Position numbers and translations under genes: made by a program. Below are positions 44,129 through 54,487 of a stretch of DNA of 64,000 bases, piece after piece. The stretch lies in assembly GCA_963676835.2 (NCBI GenBank), contig CAXXFF010000002.1, forward strand, positions 1,216,001 to 1,280,000, read 5' to 3'. Each line of letters opens with the position of its first letter. Positions within the stretch are counted from its first letter, which is position 1. This stretch comes from Marispirochaeta sp. (GTDB taxonomy: Bacteria > Spirochaetota > Spirochaetia > JC444 > Marispirochaetaceae). The notes under the pieces were generated by a model. That model had not been told where the DNA came from, did no database searches, and worked only from the letters and a program-made list of their open reading frames with translations.

Positions 44129-44949
44129 TAGTCGTCGTAGTCGTCATCGTCCAGAACCAGGTATTCCCGGACAAGCTCCCAGATGAGGTTGTCGCAGGGG
44201 GTACCTGCCTCACCGGAGGCCGGAAGGCCTCCGTGGGGATCATATCCGCAGGAGAGAAACCGGCTTTCAAGGTCGGTATCTTCCGTCTCTTCAATCTCTG
44301 AGCGCAGGGCTCCTTCAAACACACCGTACAGAAGATCATCCTCCAGAGCATCATTCAGGGCGTATTCATCCCGGAAGGACTGGAAGTCTTCACCTCCCTC
44401 ATGGCCGTGGCTGCTGAACATTCTCGATGCAAGCAGTTCCAGGGTCTCTTCAGTCCATCCATAGCTCGTAAGGGCAACGGAAATTCCGTCGGTCTCCTCG
44501 GTGTCCTCAAACATGTCGAAACGGATCAGGTTGTCCAGATATTCCCGGTAGAGATGAATCCACTCCCGGTTGGCCCGGATAAGAGCGCAGAAGGCGTAGG
44601 TTCCTAAAGGTGCAGTCCCGGACTCCATATACATGGAATGGCCCATTTTCTCTAGAGTCTCTTCGATGAGCCCTGGAATGTCGAATGCCGCGGCGGCATG
44701 GAAGAAGCTGTGTGCGCTGGTAAGGGTTACGGGCCTGCCCGAAGGGGCTTCAATGTGCCATGCCGGAGGCGGAAGTTCGGTAAACTCACCGTTTTCGACG
44801 GTGCCGAACTGCAGCTGAAGGTAGTCCTCCTCATCGCTTCCTCTTCCAGGGCCTTCCCCCAGAGAGTCCAGAAGATCCTGAATCTCCTTGAGAACCGCGG
44901 AGACACTTTCCATGCTGTGGATATCTACGGAAAACTGTTTTTCTGCCAT
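44122..44949 (-). CDS. Acidic hypothetical protein, weakly DUF6138-like at the C-terminus
   Basis: Open ORF in a minus-strand gene run; PLGTYAFCAL...YGWTEETL pattern; family call tentative. Confidence 0.55.
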   Translation of the reverse strand: MAEKQFSVDIHSMESVSAVLKEIQDLLDSLGEGPGRGSDEEDYLQLQFGTVENGEFTELPPPAWHIEAPSGRPVTLTSAHSFFHAAAAFDIPGLIEETLEKMGHSMYMESGTAPLGTYAFCALIRANREWIHLYREYLDNLIRFDMFEDTEETDGISVALTSYGWTEETLELLASRMFSSHGHEGGEDFQSFRDEYALNDALEDDLLYGVFEGALRSEIEETEDTDLESRFLSCGYDPHGGLPASGEAGTPCDNLIWELVREYLVLDDDDYDDYY

Positions 44950-45008
44950 GACCTGCCCCCTGATTCTAGTATACACAGCGAATCCCCGGGAGGAAAGAAA
45001 AGTTTGCT

Positions 45009-46481
45009 TTACTTTTTACCTATATGTATCCGCATATCCAGAAAATCACGCTCCTCATCGATCATCCGGTACCAGGTGTATTTCTGGTTTTCCTTCATCA
45101 TCTCCTGAAGACCAAGCTCTTTCAGCTGGGCATAGACTGCCTTGCTTTTGGCGGCTTTAAGAAAGAGATCCCGCTGTTCAAGGTTGAGAAATTTATTGAT
45201 CATCTGAGGAAAGTTGGCTTCCAGGTGGTTATTGAACTGATGCTCAATGACCTTGTATTTATTCAGGATCTCCTCTGCATATATGGGCAGAATCGGGTCG
45301 ACGGTTCTCAGCAGGGGAAGATAGGCACACAGAAGATCGAGAATGGCAATGGGACGCTTATAGTTGTTTCCCGAGTTGTAGAGACTTACCGCTTCCCTGC
45401 ACTGCGACAGAATCTCATCCCGGGATGTTCCGTCTATTTTTATTGAGCCCGCCAGCTCAACCACCTTTGCAATCGCCTCAATGAGGGCAACGAAGATATT
45501 ATCCCGCCACTGGCCTTTATCCAGGGCATCATAGAGTTTAATAAAGCTTCTCTGGTAGGCAAGCCGTTCCTTCTGGGTATCCTTGAAAAGCAGTTCGTAC
45601 ACATTCAGGTCCATACCTTTAAAGCGGAAGCGCCCGAGGTTGAAATAATGTACTGCGTTGAGAATATCATCCTTGTTTACGATACGGATTTTCTTCAGCT
45701 GGTGGGTGACGTGGTTGGTAAGAAGAATCTTTGTTTTTTCCGGGTCCAGAGTATTGGCGAAGCTCTGCAGTCTGGCCGCGGTGTTGATGACGTCGCCGGA
45801 AATATCTCCGTCCCGGGTTATAACCAGAGGGGTAAAGCTTTTCCCGCCGGCAATGCCTCCGGAGACAGTCATGTCCGGAAGGATGATTTTGTTTACCACC
45901 CGGCTTTCCACCAGTTTCCGGCTTTTGATAATTCTGCGCCGGGAAAAGTAGTCGGTAATGTTTACTGCCGTGGAGGTAATGCTTCTGGCGCTTGCGGCAA
46001 CAAGAATAATGGTATCCCCTTCGGAGCGCCAGCTTAAAACACCATAGTTTTTTGCTATCCGGCGGATATCATCCTGTATGCAGTCGTCCAGAAGCTGCAG
46101 CATGGAGAGATTGCGCCGGTATTTCTGGCAGAACTCGGAGTAGCCGTGAATATCCAGAATCCCGACATATACTGACGAAATAGTAGTGTTGCGTTTAAGG
46201 TCGCCGGTGCCTTCAATTCCCTGAAAGGGGATAACCAGCTCTTTCCACAGGTCCGGGTAATCCTTGAGGCTCACCGGGGCAAACACCCCCCAGTTAAGCT
46301 CTTTGATAAGATGAAAAATTTTCTTGTATACACTCAGGTTTGACGGATTCATGGGCAGGTAGTGCACCATGTCCATCAGCTGGGTAAAGGAGCTTAGACT
46401 CCGGGTTATAACTTTATTGTAAAGGAATTCAAACAGCTCGTAGGGCGATGTTGAAATCCTGTAGTCCTCAATTCTTTTCAT
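45009..46481 (-). CDS. Class III adenylate/guanylate cyclase-like protein
   Basis: ILDIHGYS, EGDTII and GDVINTAARLQ motifs; soluble. Confidence 0.78.
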   Translation of the reverse strand: MKRIEDYRISTSPYELFEFLYNKVITRSLSSFTQLMDMVHYLPMNPSNLSVYKKIFHLIKELNWGVFAPVSLKDYPDLWKELVIPFQGIEGTGDLKRNTTISSVYVGILDIHGYSEFCQKYRRNLSMLQLLDDCIQDDIRRIAKNYGVLSWRSEGDTIILVAASARSITSTAVNITDYFSRRRIIKSRKLVESRVVNKIILPDMTVSGGIAGGKSFTPLVITRDGDISGDVINTAARLQSFANTLDPEKTKILLTNHVTHQLKKIRIVNKDDILNAVHYFNLGRFRFKGMDLNVYELLFKDTQKERLAYQRSFIKLYDALDKGQWRDNIFVALIEAIAKVVELAGSIKIDGTSRDEILSQCREAVSLYNSGNNYKRPIAILDLLCAYLPLLRTVDPILPIYAEEILNKYKVIEHQFNNHLEANFPQMINKFLNLEQRDLFLKAAKSKAVYAQLKELGLQEMMKENQKYTWYRMIDEERDFLDMRIHIGKK

Positions 46482-46538
46482 GTCTGTTTTATTGTACGTC
46501 CTGGAAAGAAAAAAATCCTTTCCGCAGGATCAGTTTTT

Positions 46539-47744
46539 TCAGGAATTACCTTTCTGCCGGTTAAAAATCCCTGTCCTCTCTACAATTTTAAACCATACGG
46601 CCCCGGAAAGTCCAATAACACCGATAATTACCGGCGCTGCTGTAAAACCTGCCGCAGCTGTAATAAAGCCTGCCGCCAGGGGGCCTGCGAAAACGCCGGC
46701 GTCGGTAAAGAGCCGCCATACTCCCATAAACTCTCCCACCTCGTTCTCCGGGGCAAGCACCGCGCTGTAGACCATATTGATTCCCGATCCGAATCCGTTT
46801 CCAACACCGATAAGTACGGCTACGATTAGAAGCGACATAAAGCCGCTGCTCAAGGGGACCAGAATCAGGCCGAGTGAGAATACCGTTATGCAGAGTATGG
46901 CGCCCCGGTGAATCCCGAAGCGGTCGTAGATATGACCGGCGGGATAGAAAAAGAGGGTGTCCGCCAGGCCTCCCACGCCCATGATAATGCCAATCTGTTC
47001 AAGGCTGAGACCCAGATGCTCGCCGTACAGGGGAAGCAGCACAGGCCGGGCGGAGCGGAGTATTCCAAGAACAAGAATCCCGAGGCCGGCGGTGAGAAGT
47101 ATATGCTTGTAGCGCAGCATGGCGGCTATTACATTCCGCCGTTCTCCTTTGGTTTCTTCACCGGGGATTCCCGGCACCTGCAGGAAAAGAATCAGGGATG
47201 AGAGCAGAACAACCGCTCCTGCCAGCAGGAAAAGGGAGCTGATCCCGAATCTTGCTGCTATAAAGCCTGCAGCAAGGGGACCGAGGAAGGAGCCGATCCT
47301 GATCAGGCCGCCTACGTTTGAGAGGGCCCGTCCCCGGGAATCTTCCTGAACCAGTGTTCGTATTATCGAAACCTGAGAAATCTGCCAGGAGGCTCTGGTT
47401 GCTCCGTAAATCATCAGAACGGGAATCAACAGGATAATGCTGTGGGCAAGTCCTGTAAGAATGAAGGTGATTCCCATAGCGCAGGAGCTGACTATAAAAA
47501 GTGCTTTTCGGTCAAACCTGCTGATTAAGCGCCCGGCGGGAAGATCGAAAAAGATTGTTCCCAGAGTGGGCAGCGCCGCAATTACACCGGCCAGGGCATG
47601 GCCTGCGCCGATCTCAAGGGCGTAGAGAACAATAAAGGACTTTGTCAGTCCTTCAGCGAGAAAACAGAGAAATCCCGGGAAGTAGATGGGAACAATAAGG
47701 CTCGGGAGACTCTGCTCTCCCGGAATCATCTCCTTCAAAGCCAT
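46539..47744 (-). CDS. MFS transporter
   Basis: About 12 TM segments; GRLISRFDRK and DRFGIH motif-A-like loops. Confidence 0.9.
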   Translation of the reverse strand: MALKEMIPGEQSLPSLIVPIYFPGFLCFLAEGLTKSFIVLYALEIGAGHALAGVIAALPTLGTIFFDLPAGRLISRFDRKALFIVSSCAMGITFILTGLAHSIILLIPVLMIYGATRASWQISQVSIIRTLVQEDSRGRALSNVGGLIRIGSFLGPLAAGFIAARFGISSLFLLAGAVVLLSSLILFLQVPGIPGEETKGERRNVIAAMLRYKHILLTAGLGILVLGILRSARPVLLPLYGEHLGLSLEQIGIIMGVGGLADTLFFYPAGHIYDRFGIHRGAILCITVFSLGLILVPLSSGFMSLLIVAVLIGVGNGFGSGINMVYSAVLAPENEVGEFMGVWRLFTDAGVFAGPLAAGFITAAAGFTAAPVIIGVIGLSGAVWFKIVERTGIFNRQKGNS

Positions 47745-48799
47745 TTCTTCCTTTTAAAGTAGAGGAGCATACCACCTGCAACAGCGCCCATCGCCAGAAG
47801 TGCCAGGGGGTAGCCGAAGGGCCAGGCCAGTTCCGGCATGTTGCTGAAGTTCATACCGTAGATTCCGGCTATAAAGGTCAGTGGAATAAAAATGGTGGCC
47901 ACAATGGTAAGCACCCGCATAACCGCATTGGTTGAGTTGCTCACCTTGGCCTGATAGGAGTCGAGCAGCCCCTTAAGGCTCTCTTTCATCAGCTCCACCC
48001 AGTCCATTATCTGGACAATGTGGTCGTGAATATCCCGGTAGAAGATCTGCACTTCCTCGGATACGCTCTGAATCTGCCCCCGTACTATTGCTGAGACCGC
48101 TTCACGCAGGGGCCATACAGCCCTGCGCAGGGTCAGCAGTTCCCGGGTCAGTTGGTGAACCTGGTTTGAAGGGTCGGGGCCGTCATGATAGAGCACCTCT
48201 TCCTCAAGCTCTTCAAATTGATTCTGCAGTGATTCCAGTACCACAAAATAGTTATCCACCACGGCATCAACCAGGGTGTAGGCCAGATAGTCGGAGTTCA
48301 TGTCCCGAATGCGGCCAAGCTTTTTCTCGAGCCTGCGGCGCACAGAATCAAAGACGTCTCCGGGTCTCTCCTGAAAGGAAAGCACATAATCTTCTCCCTG
48401 AATCAGACCCACCTGCTCGGTTTTTACCAGGTTATCCGCTTCATCCCAGGTGAGCATATGCAGAATTATCAGAAGCTGACGGGTGTATTCCTCTGCTTTT
48501 GCTCTCTGGGGGGTGTTCTGCAGGTCTTCCGCTGCAATAGGGTGAATAGCGAAACTTTTCGCCACCTTTTTCAGCAGGGGACCATCATGAACTCCGGTGA
48601 TATTCAGCCAGAGGACATGTCCCTCCTTGCGGAGCTCTTTAAGTTCCTTCCGGCTTACGTGCTTTTCCTCTTCTTCGATTTCGGCCGAGTAGCGGTACAT
48701 GGAAATTTCTGACGGCGGCAGGTCTGGTCCGTTGTCTTCCAGTATGACGCCGGGATGCATGCCGATGCGCCGGCTGAAATTAAAGCGTTTTCTTCTCAT
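47735..48799 (-). CDS. corA: Magnesium/cobalt transporter CorA
   Basis: GIYGMNF and MPEL signature. Confidence 0.95.
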   Translation of the reverse strand: MRRKRFNFSRRIGMHPGVILEDNGPDLPPSEISMYRYSAEIEEEEKHVSRKELKELRKEGHVLWLNITGVHDGPLLKKVAKSFAIHPIAAEDLQNTPQRAKAEEYTRQLLIILHMLTWDEADNLVKTEQVGLIQGEDYVLSFQERPGDVFDSVRRRLEKKLGRIRDMNSDYLAYTLVDAVVDNYFVVLESLQNQFEELEEEVLYHDGPDPSNQVHQLTRELLTLRRAVWPLREAVSAIVRGQIQSVSEEVQIFYRDIHDHIVQIMDWVELMKESLKGLLDSYQAKVSNSTNAVMRVLTIVATIFIPLTFIAGIYGMNFSNMPELAWPFGYPLALLAMGAVAGGMLLYFKRKKWL

Positions 48800-49614
48800 C
48801 TGTTCTGCTCCTCTTTTTTTGCGGGGCCGGTTTGCCGGTTTTTTCTGCGGGAGAAGAAGCGTGAAAGTTCTTTACTGAAATGGGAAGCGGACTTTTTTGT
48901 TTCCCGGCTGCCTGCATTATAGAAAAGAGGGCGCTTTTCGGTATTGAAAACCATATAGACAACCAGGTTACTCTCACCCAGCACGGGGTAAACGGTAATC
49001 GGGTAGTCCTTGCCTTCAATTTCTGCAGGCTGAAAGTCTGTCTCAAATCTCCGTTTCAGACTCTGTACCTCAATATTATCCCAGATGTCACTTACGTTAC
49101 GCCCTGTTAACTGATGCTTTTCCTTCTCCAGAATTGATAAAAGCGTTTTACTGGCATAACAGACCGTTCCTGCACTTGTGGTAACCAGAAGAGGAAAGGT
49201 AGCGCTTGAAATAATCAGATCCAGCAGTTCTGCCTGCCCGGCAATTTTGGTTCCGAGCTTCTCGTTGGTCTCAGTCAGTCCGGCATAGAGGCTTTCAAGC
49301 CGTGGACCAAGCTGTCCCAGCTTACGGAAATCTTTGTCCTTACGCAGTTTTCGGTAGCGGCTCTGTTCTATGAGCCGGTCCAGCCGCTTTTCGATCCGCA
49401 CTCCCCGGTAAACCACCATGCTCCAGACCGCTAACAGAAGTGCCAGTTCGCAGAGGGCAAAAAAGAGAATCCGTTCTGCCATGAAGCGGAGTGTCTCCCC
49501 GTCGACGGAGGTCTGACGGGTAAGCATGCTGTACGAGAAGGTCCCCAGTATTACAATCGCAGCGGCTGCAATAAGCAGGGGGAGGGTGAACCATCGGTTT
49601 GTCGGTACTCTCAT
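48796..49614 (-). CDS. Two-TM membrane protein with a PAS-like domain
   Basis: Two N-terminal TMs, coiled coil, then PLLVTTSAGTVCYAS...LTGRNVSDI; no output domain. Confidence 0.6.
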   Translation of the reverse strand: MRVPTNRWFTLPLLIAAAAIVILGTFSYSMLTRQTSVDGETLRFMAERILFFALCELALLLAVWSMVVYRGVRIEKRLDRLIEQSRYRKLRKDKDFRKLGQLGPRLESLYAGLTETNEKLGTKIAGQAELLDLIISSATFPLLVTTSAGTVCYASKTLLSILEKEKHQLTGRNVSDIWDNIEVQSLKRRFETDFQPAEIEGKDYPITVYPVLGESNLVVYMVFNTEKRPLFYNAGSRETKKSASHFSKELSRFFSRRKNRQTGPAKKEEQNR

Positions 49615-49631
49615 CTTTATTTCACCCGGCC

Positions 49632-50330
49632 CTATAGCTCGTTAAAGGCGCTGATTTTATCGTTTTTACCGAGAATCAGCAGAATGTCCTGTTCTGTGAG
49701 AACCTCGGTACCATCGGGAAACAGAAGCCGTTCCTCTTTCGTTGGATTGCCTATTTCGTCAATCTGGTAGTCCGGCCTGCGGACGGCGATTATGTTTATC
49801 TGCAGCCTCTTGCGCAGTTCCAGTTCTTCCAGGGGCTTTCCGATAAACTCCTTCGGTACCCGGACTTCCGCAATACTGATTTCGTCAGAGAGGGGTACAT
49901 TATCCAGAATGTCCGGGGCAATCAGGCGGTTGGCGAGCCTGGTGCCCTCATCAATCTCAATATTGATTACTTCATCGGCTCCCACCTGGATAAGTACCTG
50001 GTGGTGAAGCTCGTTCAGTGCTCTGGCAATAATATAGGGAATCCCGAGTCTTTTCATAATGGCGGTGCTGAGGATGCTTGCCTCAAGATTATTTCCAATG
50101 GCAACAATAGCGATATCAACATCCTCAAGATCCAGTTCGTGCATTCTGGTTTCGTCGGTGGAATCCATATGGACCGCCTGGGTTACTGTATTCTTTACCC
50201 GCTCAATTAACGCCGGATCGGTATCCACGGCGATTACTGTTGCACCCTTGTCCTCAAGAACTTCACATAAGCGGCTTCCGAATGCGCCAAGTCCGATTAC
50301 CAGGTAATTTTTGGTCGTGTTTTTCGCCAT
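49632..50330 (-). CDS. ktrA: Ktr/Trk potassium uptake regulatory subunit (RCK)
   Basis: VIGLGAFG; TrkA-N and TrkA-C domains. Confidence 0.88.
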   Translation of the reverse strand: MAKNTTKNYLVIGLGAFGSRLCEVLEDKGATVIAVDTDPALIERVKNTVTQAVHMDSTDETRMHELDLEDVDIAIVAIGNNLEASILSTAIMKRLGIPYIIARALNELHHQVLIQVGADEVINIEIDEGTRLANRLIAPDILDNVPLSDEISIAEVRVPKEFIGKPLEELELRKRLQINIIAVRRPDYQIDEIGNPTKEERLLFPDGTEVLTEQDILLILGKNDKISAFNEL

Positions 50331-50380
50331 TGTATGTTTCCTTATCCTTTGGTTGTAAATATCACTCTGTAGGTATCCAC

Positions 50381-52096
50381 CTATCCGATGGAAATTTCTG
50401 CCGACGGATATTCAATCTCCACTGTCTGTTTGCGCTGTCCCGCTGCGGCAAGTACGGTCAGGGGGCCTATTCTGCCCAGAAACATCATGCATATGATAAC
50501 CAGCTTTCCCGGAACTGACAGGGAGGAGGTTATTCCCGCTGAAAGTCCTACGGTGCCGAATGCAGAAACAGCTTCAAACAGAATATGCATGGGCGGAGCA
50601 TCTTCAAAAATCATTAAAAGAAGTGTTCCCCCGGAGACGGTGATGAGGCCGAAGGCTGCAATGGTAAAGGCCCTCATAATATTTGCCTGGGATACGGTGG
50701 TGCGGAACAGGGTTGCACTCCGTGATTCCGTCAGCTGAGCCTTAAAATGGGCGGCAATTGCTGCCAGGCTGTTAACCTTTATGCCGCCGGCGGTACTGCC
50801 TGAAGCACCTCCGATAAACATCAGAAAGCACATAAACAGATAGGTGCCGGCTCCGAGAGATCCCAGGGGCAGGGTGTTGAATCCTGCGGTTCTGAGGGTT
50901 ACGGACTGGAAGAAAGCTGTGAGGTACTGTTTTCCGGTTGAAAGGGGACGAAGCACCCCGTTGTGTTCCAGCCCGTAGAAAAAGAAGGTGCCCACCGCAA
51001 TTAAAAGAGCTGATAGTAAGAGTACCGTACGGGAGTTTATGGTCAGCCGTTCCCTGTCCGGTTTCCGCCTCAGGGAATCAATAAATATCCGGCCGATATT
51101 GGAGTGAACGCTGAAGCTCAGACCGCCGGCGATAATCAGCCCGACGATTATAAGGTTTAGTGCAAAGGAACCGCTGAAGCTTTCCAGGCTGTCGCTGAAG
51201 AGGGCGAATCCGGCATTACAGAAGGCCGATACCCCATGGAAAAGTGCTCCGAAAACCCGTCCGCCGAAGGGGCCTGCTATACCGGGTACAAAAAGGAACA
51301 GAAGCAGGGCTCCGGCAAACTCCATGCCGAAGGTTGTCAGGATAATCATCTTTACCTGTTTCTGGATTGAATGCATATCATCCTGACTCAGCATATAGGC
51401 GGCAATGAGTTTTTCTTCCCGCGATATTCCCCGGTGGATAAGAAAAAAGGAGAAGTAGGAGAGGATCATTATTCCCAGTCCGCCGATCTGGATCAGGACA
51501 ACAATTATCACTTGGCCCCAGAACGAGAAGGCCGTGGCTGTGTCGACTACAATCAGTCCGGTAACGCAGACTGCTGAAGTTGAGGTAAAGAGTGCATCCA
51601 GAAAACTCAGGCCGGACTCTCCCGCAGCAGTAAAGGGCATCATGAGAAGCAGCGACCCCGCGAGAATAACCAGCAGAAAACTTAAGAGGATTGTCTGGGC
51701 AGGTTTAAGGCTTATTGATTCAAGCAGGCCGTGGAGCCTGCGGAAACGGGTGAGTACCTTCAACACCAGGAAGGTATTTTTCAGAATAACCGCAGAGAGT
51801 GAAGGTTCAAGCTCTGCCGGGCTGAAGCTGTACAGTATAAAATTAATTTTTGCATAGAGAAACAGCAGAATAAACCCGGCGGTAAACCCGAGAGCAAAGG
51901 CATTGTTTCTGGCATAGATTATTTTATAGGGGGCAGCCTGAAACCCCCGAACAGTTTCAAGAATGAGCAGGAGTACAACACTGATATCCAGCAGGTTGAT
52001 TATTACTAGCAGGGGTACTGTCTGTTGTGCCTGCTGCTCAAGAAAGAGTGAAATTATACTCAGAATAACCGGCAGCAGTGACCAGGTGTTTTTCAT
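50381..52096 (-). CDS. ktrB: Ktr/Trk potassium uptake membrane subunit with an N-terminal TM extension
   Basis: SAVCVTGL, SAFCNAGF, RTAGF, SAFGTVGLS and GRIGPL. Confidence 0.9.
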   Translation of the reverse strand: MKNTWSLLPVILSIISLFLEQQAQQTVPLLVIINLLDISVVLLLILETVRGFQAAPYKIIYARNNAFALGFTAGFILLFLYAKINFILYSFSPAELEPSLSAVILKNTFLVLKVLTRFRRLHGLLESISLKPAQTILLSFLLVILAGSLLLMMPFTAAGESGLSFLDALFTSTSAVCVTGLIVVDTATAFSFWGQVIIVVLIQIGGLGIMILSYFSFFLIHRGISREEKLIAAYMLSQDDMHSIQKQVKMIILTTFGMEFAGALLLFLFVPGIAGPFGGRVFGALFHGVSAFCNAGFALFSDSLESFSGSFALNLIIVGLIIAGGLSFSVHSNIGRIFIDSLRRKPDRERLTINSRTVLLLSALLIAVGTFFFYGLEHNGVLRPLSTGKQYLTAFFQSVTLRTAGFNTLPLGSLGAGTYLFMCFLMFIGGASGSTAGGIKVNSLAAIAAHFKAQLTESRSATLFRTTVSQANIMRAFTIAAFGLITVSGGTLLLMIFEDAPPMHILFEAVSAFGTVGLSAGITSSLSVPGKLVIICMMFLGRIGPLTVLAAAGQRKQTVEIEYPSAEISIG

Positions 52097-52218
52097 ATGA
52101 TATAGCGTAAGTATATCCTTCCCGGTGATCTGAGAAAAGGTACAAAAAGAAATTTCCCAATACCCGGACTAAGCGTTTATACTGAACCAGAAAACAGAAT
52201 TAACCCAAAGGAGCCCCC

Positions 52219-53142
52219 ATGAAACCCCGGTTCTGTTCCATCGGCAGCATTAATATGGATCTTGTCGTTCAGGTTGACAGGTTTCCATCTCCCGGCGAAA
52301 CCCTTACGGGCAAAACCTTTAACACCTTTCCCGGCGGTAAAGGTGCCAACCAGGCGGTTGCTCTCGCCCGGCTCGGGGCGGATGTCCGTATGGCCGGAAA
52401 AGTGGGAGATGACAGCTTCGGCGAAGAGTACATTGAACATTTTACTGCGGCAGGGGTTGATATCGCCGCGGTGCAGATGGTTTCCGGCTGTTCCACCGGG
52501 GTTGCGGTCATTGAAGTTGACGGTCAGGGAGAGAATCACATTGTTATTGTTCCCGGAGCCAACGGAGAGGTGGACCGGGAGTATGTCCGGCAGATTCTTG
52601 ATTCCCGGGGGGATATTGATATTTTTCTGCTTCAGCTGGAAATACCCCTTGATACGGTTGCCTTTATACTGCAGGAACTGAAGCAGCGGGGAAAGCGGGT
52701 TGTTCTTGATCCGGCCCCCATGCCGGCAAAAGAGGAGTTCGATAAACTGATTCCCTTCCTCGATATAGTGACCCCCAATGAAACTGAAATAGGACTGCTT
52801 ACCGGGGTGGATGTCCAGGATGTAGAATCAGCAAAGCAGGCGGGGGACATGCTGCTGGACCGGGGTGTGCATACGGTGATTATTAAAGCCGGCGGCCGTG
52901 GGTCCTATATTGTCACCCGGGAAGGTGCCCGGCATGTTCCCTCTTTCAAGGTTGAGGTTGCTGACACCACCGGAGCGGGTGATTCATTCAATGCCGGTTT
53001 AGCCTACGCCCTCGGTGAGGGCATGGCAATTAATGATGCGGTACGCTTTGCATCCGCCGTGGGAGGCCTGGCCTGTACCGCCTTCGGTGCCCAGAGCTCA
53101 ATGCCGGATCTTGCCTCTGTTAAAAAACTGCTGGATAGCTGA
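52219..53142 (+). CDS. rbsK: Ribokinase
   Basis: GSINMDL, GGKGANQA, PNETE and DTTGAGDSF. Confidence 0.92.
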   Translation: MKPRFCSIGSINMDLVVQVDRFPSPGETLTGKTFNTFPGGKGANQAVALARLGADVRMAGKVGDDSFGEEYIEHFTAAGVDIAAVQMVSGCSTGVAVIEVDGQGENHIVIVPGANGEVDREYVRQILDSRGDIDIFLLQLEIPLDTVAFILQELKQRGKRVVLDPAPMPAKEEFDKLIPFLDIVTPNETEIGLLTGVDVQDVESAKQAGDMLLDRGVHTVIIKAGGRGSYIVTREGARHVPSFKVEVADTTGAGDSFNAGLAYALGEGMAINDAVRFASAVGGLACTAFGAQSSMPDLASVKKLLDS

Positions 53143-53151
53143 AAGGCCTGC

Positions 53152-54381
53152 CTAAAGGCTGTCCCGGCACAGGGGCATGCTCATGCAGCGGGGGCCGCCG
53201 CGGCCCCGTACCAGCTCGCTGCCGGCAATCTCTATAACTTCTATGCCGTTTTTACGCAGCAGATTATTGGAAACAATATTTCTCCGGTAGGTGACCACCG
53301 TTCCCGGAGCAAGAGCCAGGGTGTTGGTGCTGTCGTTCCACTGCTCCCTTTCCGCGGTAAGCCTGTCGCCGCCTCCGGTTTCAATCAGCCGTATGGCCGG
53401 CAGTTTCAGACTCTTTTTTAAGGCATCCTCAAGATCATCCTCGGGGTAAATCTCAATGCTGTTATTTGCTCCGGGAGTGAGCCGGAAGATCTTTAAATGG
53501 CTGTTTATACCGGGAAAGATAGTAAACGCATCCCGGTCCACCATGGTAAAGACCGTATCCAGATGCATATAGGCCCGGATAAAGGGAATCTGGATTACCA
53601 GAACTTCCCGGACCGATGAATCACCTTCAAAAAGCCTGCCTGCAAGAAGCTCTATGGCTTCCGGGCTGGTACGGGCGCTGCAGCCGACGGCAACAACTTC
53701 GTTGTTCAGGATGAGAATATCTCCTCCCTCGAGGCTGTCCGGTTCATTGTGGGCATACCACTGTTGTATGCCGAAAAAGCGGGGGGTATGTGCAACTATA
53801 TGGTTAAGCAGCATGCTCTCCCGCTTTCTCGCCCGGGCCTTCATGCTGTTTATGGAAATTCCATTTCCAATGACGGTTGCATAGTCTCTGGCAAAATAGA
53901 GATTGGGCAGAGGGTCCAGGTAAAAAGGGTAGTCATCTTTTATATACCAGGAGAGGCGCTTTTCGCTTCTGGAGTGGGTAATTGTCGATTTGGGCAGTCC
54001 CGCCAGAAGTACGGACGTCAGCTGCCGGGGATTAAGCTCAAGAAGATATGCTTCAATATCCCGTTTCAGTTCTGTCGATGTTGTCCGCAGCTCTGCAAGT
54101 ACCATGGAAATAAGTTTACGGTTTTGATCCGGGGACGATAATGACTCTGTCAGAAGCCGATCGAAATAGAGGACTTCAACATCCCGGGAAGTAAGTTCCG
54201 CTGCAAAGGCATCATGCTCCTCCTGCATACGCCCGAGATAGGGGATATCCTCAAAGAGCATTTCGTCCAGATATTTGGGGATCAGCTGTTCGAGCTCTGA
54301 CCCCGGGCGGTGAAGGAGGATTCTCTTTAGACGGCCTGTTTCAGATCGAACATTCAGAAATGGAGTATCCGGTGATTCCAT
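53152..54381 (-). CDS. arcA: Arginine deiminase
   Basis: [31 protein letters not shown] and [20 protein letters not shown] before ATG 54381. Confidence 0.95.
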   Translation of the reverse strand: MESPDTPFLNVRSETGRLKRILLHRPGSELEQLIPKYLDEMLFEDIPYLGRMQEEHDAFAAELTSRDVEVLYFDRLLTESLSSPDQNRKLISMVLAELRTTSTELKRDIEAYLLELNPRQLTSVLLAGLPKSTITHSRSEKRLSWYIKDDYPFYLDPLPNLYFARDYATVIGNGISINSMKARARKRESMLLNHIVAHTPRFFGIQQWYAHNEPDSLEGGDILILNNEVVAVGCSARTSPEAIELLAGRLFEGDSSVREVLVIQIPFIRAYMHLDTVFTMVDRDAFTIFPGINSHLKIFRLTPGANNSIEIYPEDDLEDALKKSLKLPAIRLIETGGGDRLTAEREQWNDSTNTLALAPGTVVTYRRNIVSNNLLRKNGIEVIEIAGSELVRGRGGPRCMSMPLCRDSL

Positions 54382-54487
54382 AGCTTCTCCTTGTTGCAGC
54401 GTCTTTAATATTAGCAGAAAACAGCTATCCTTGTGCTTCTTTTCCCCTTGCTCCGGCACCGGCTATCTGTGATAATCTGAACTTAGT

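Noticed and set aside
53152..54381. Full arginine deiminase (arc) operon
   Set aside because: Only arcA is present; no arcB, arcC or arcD in the window.
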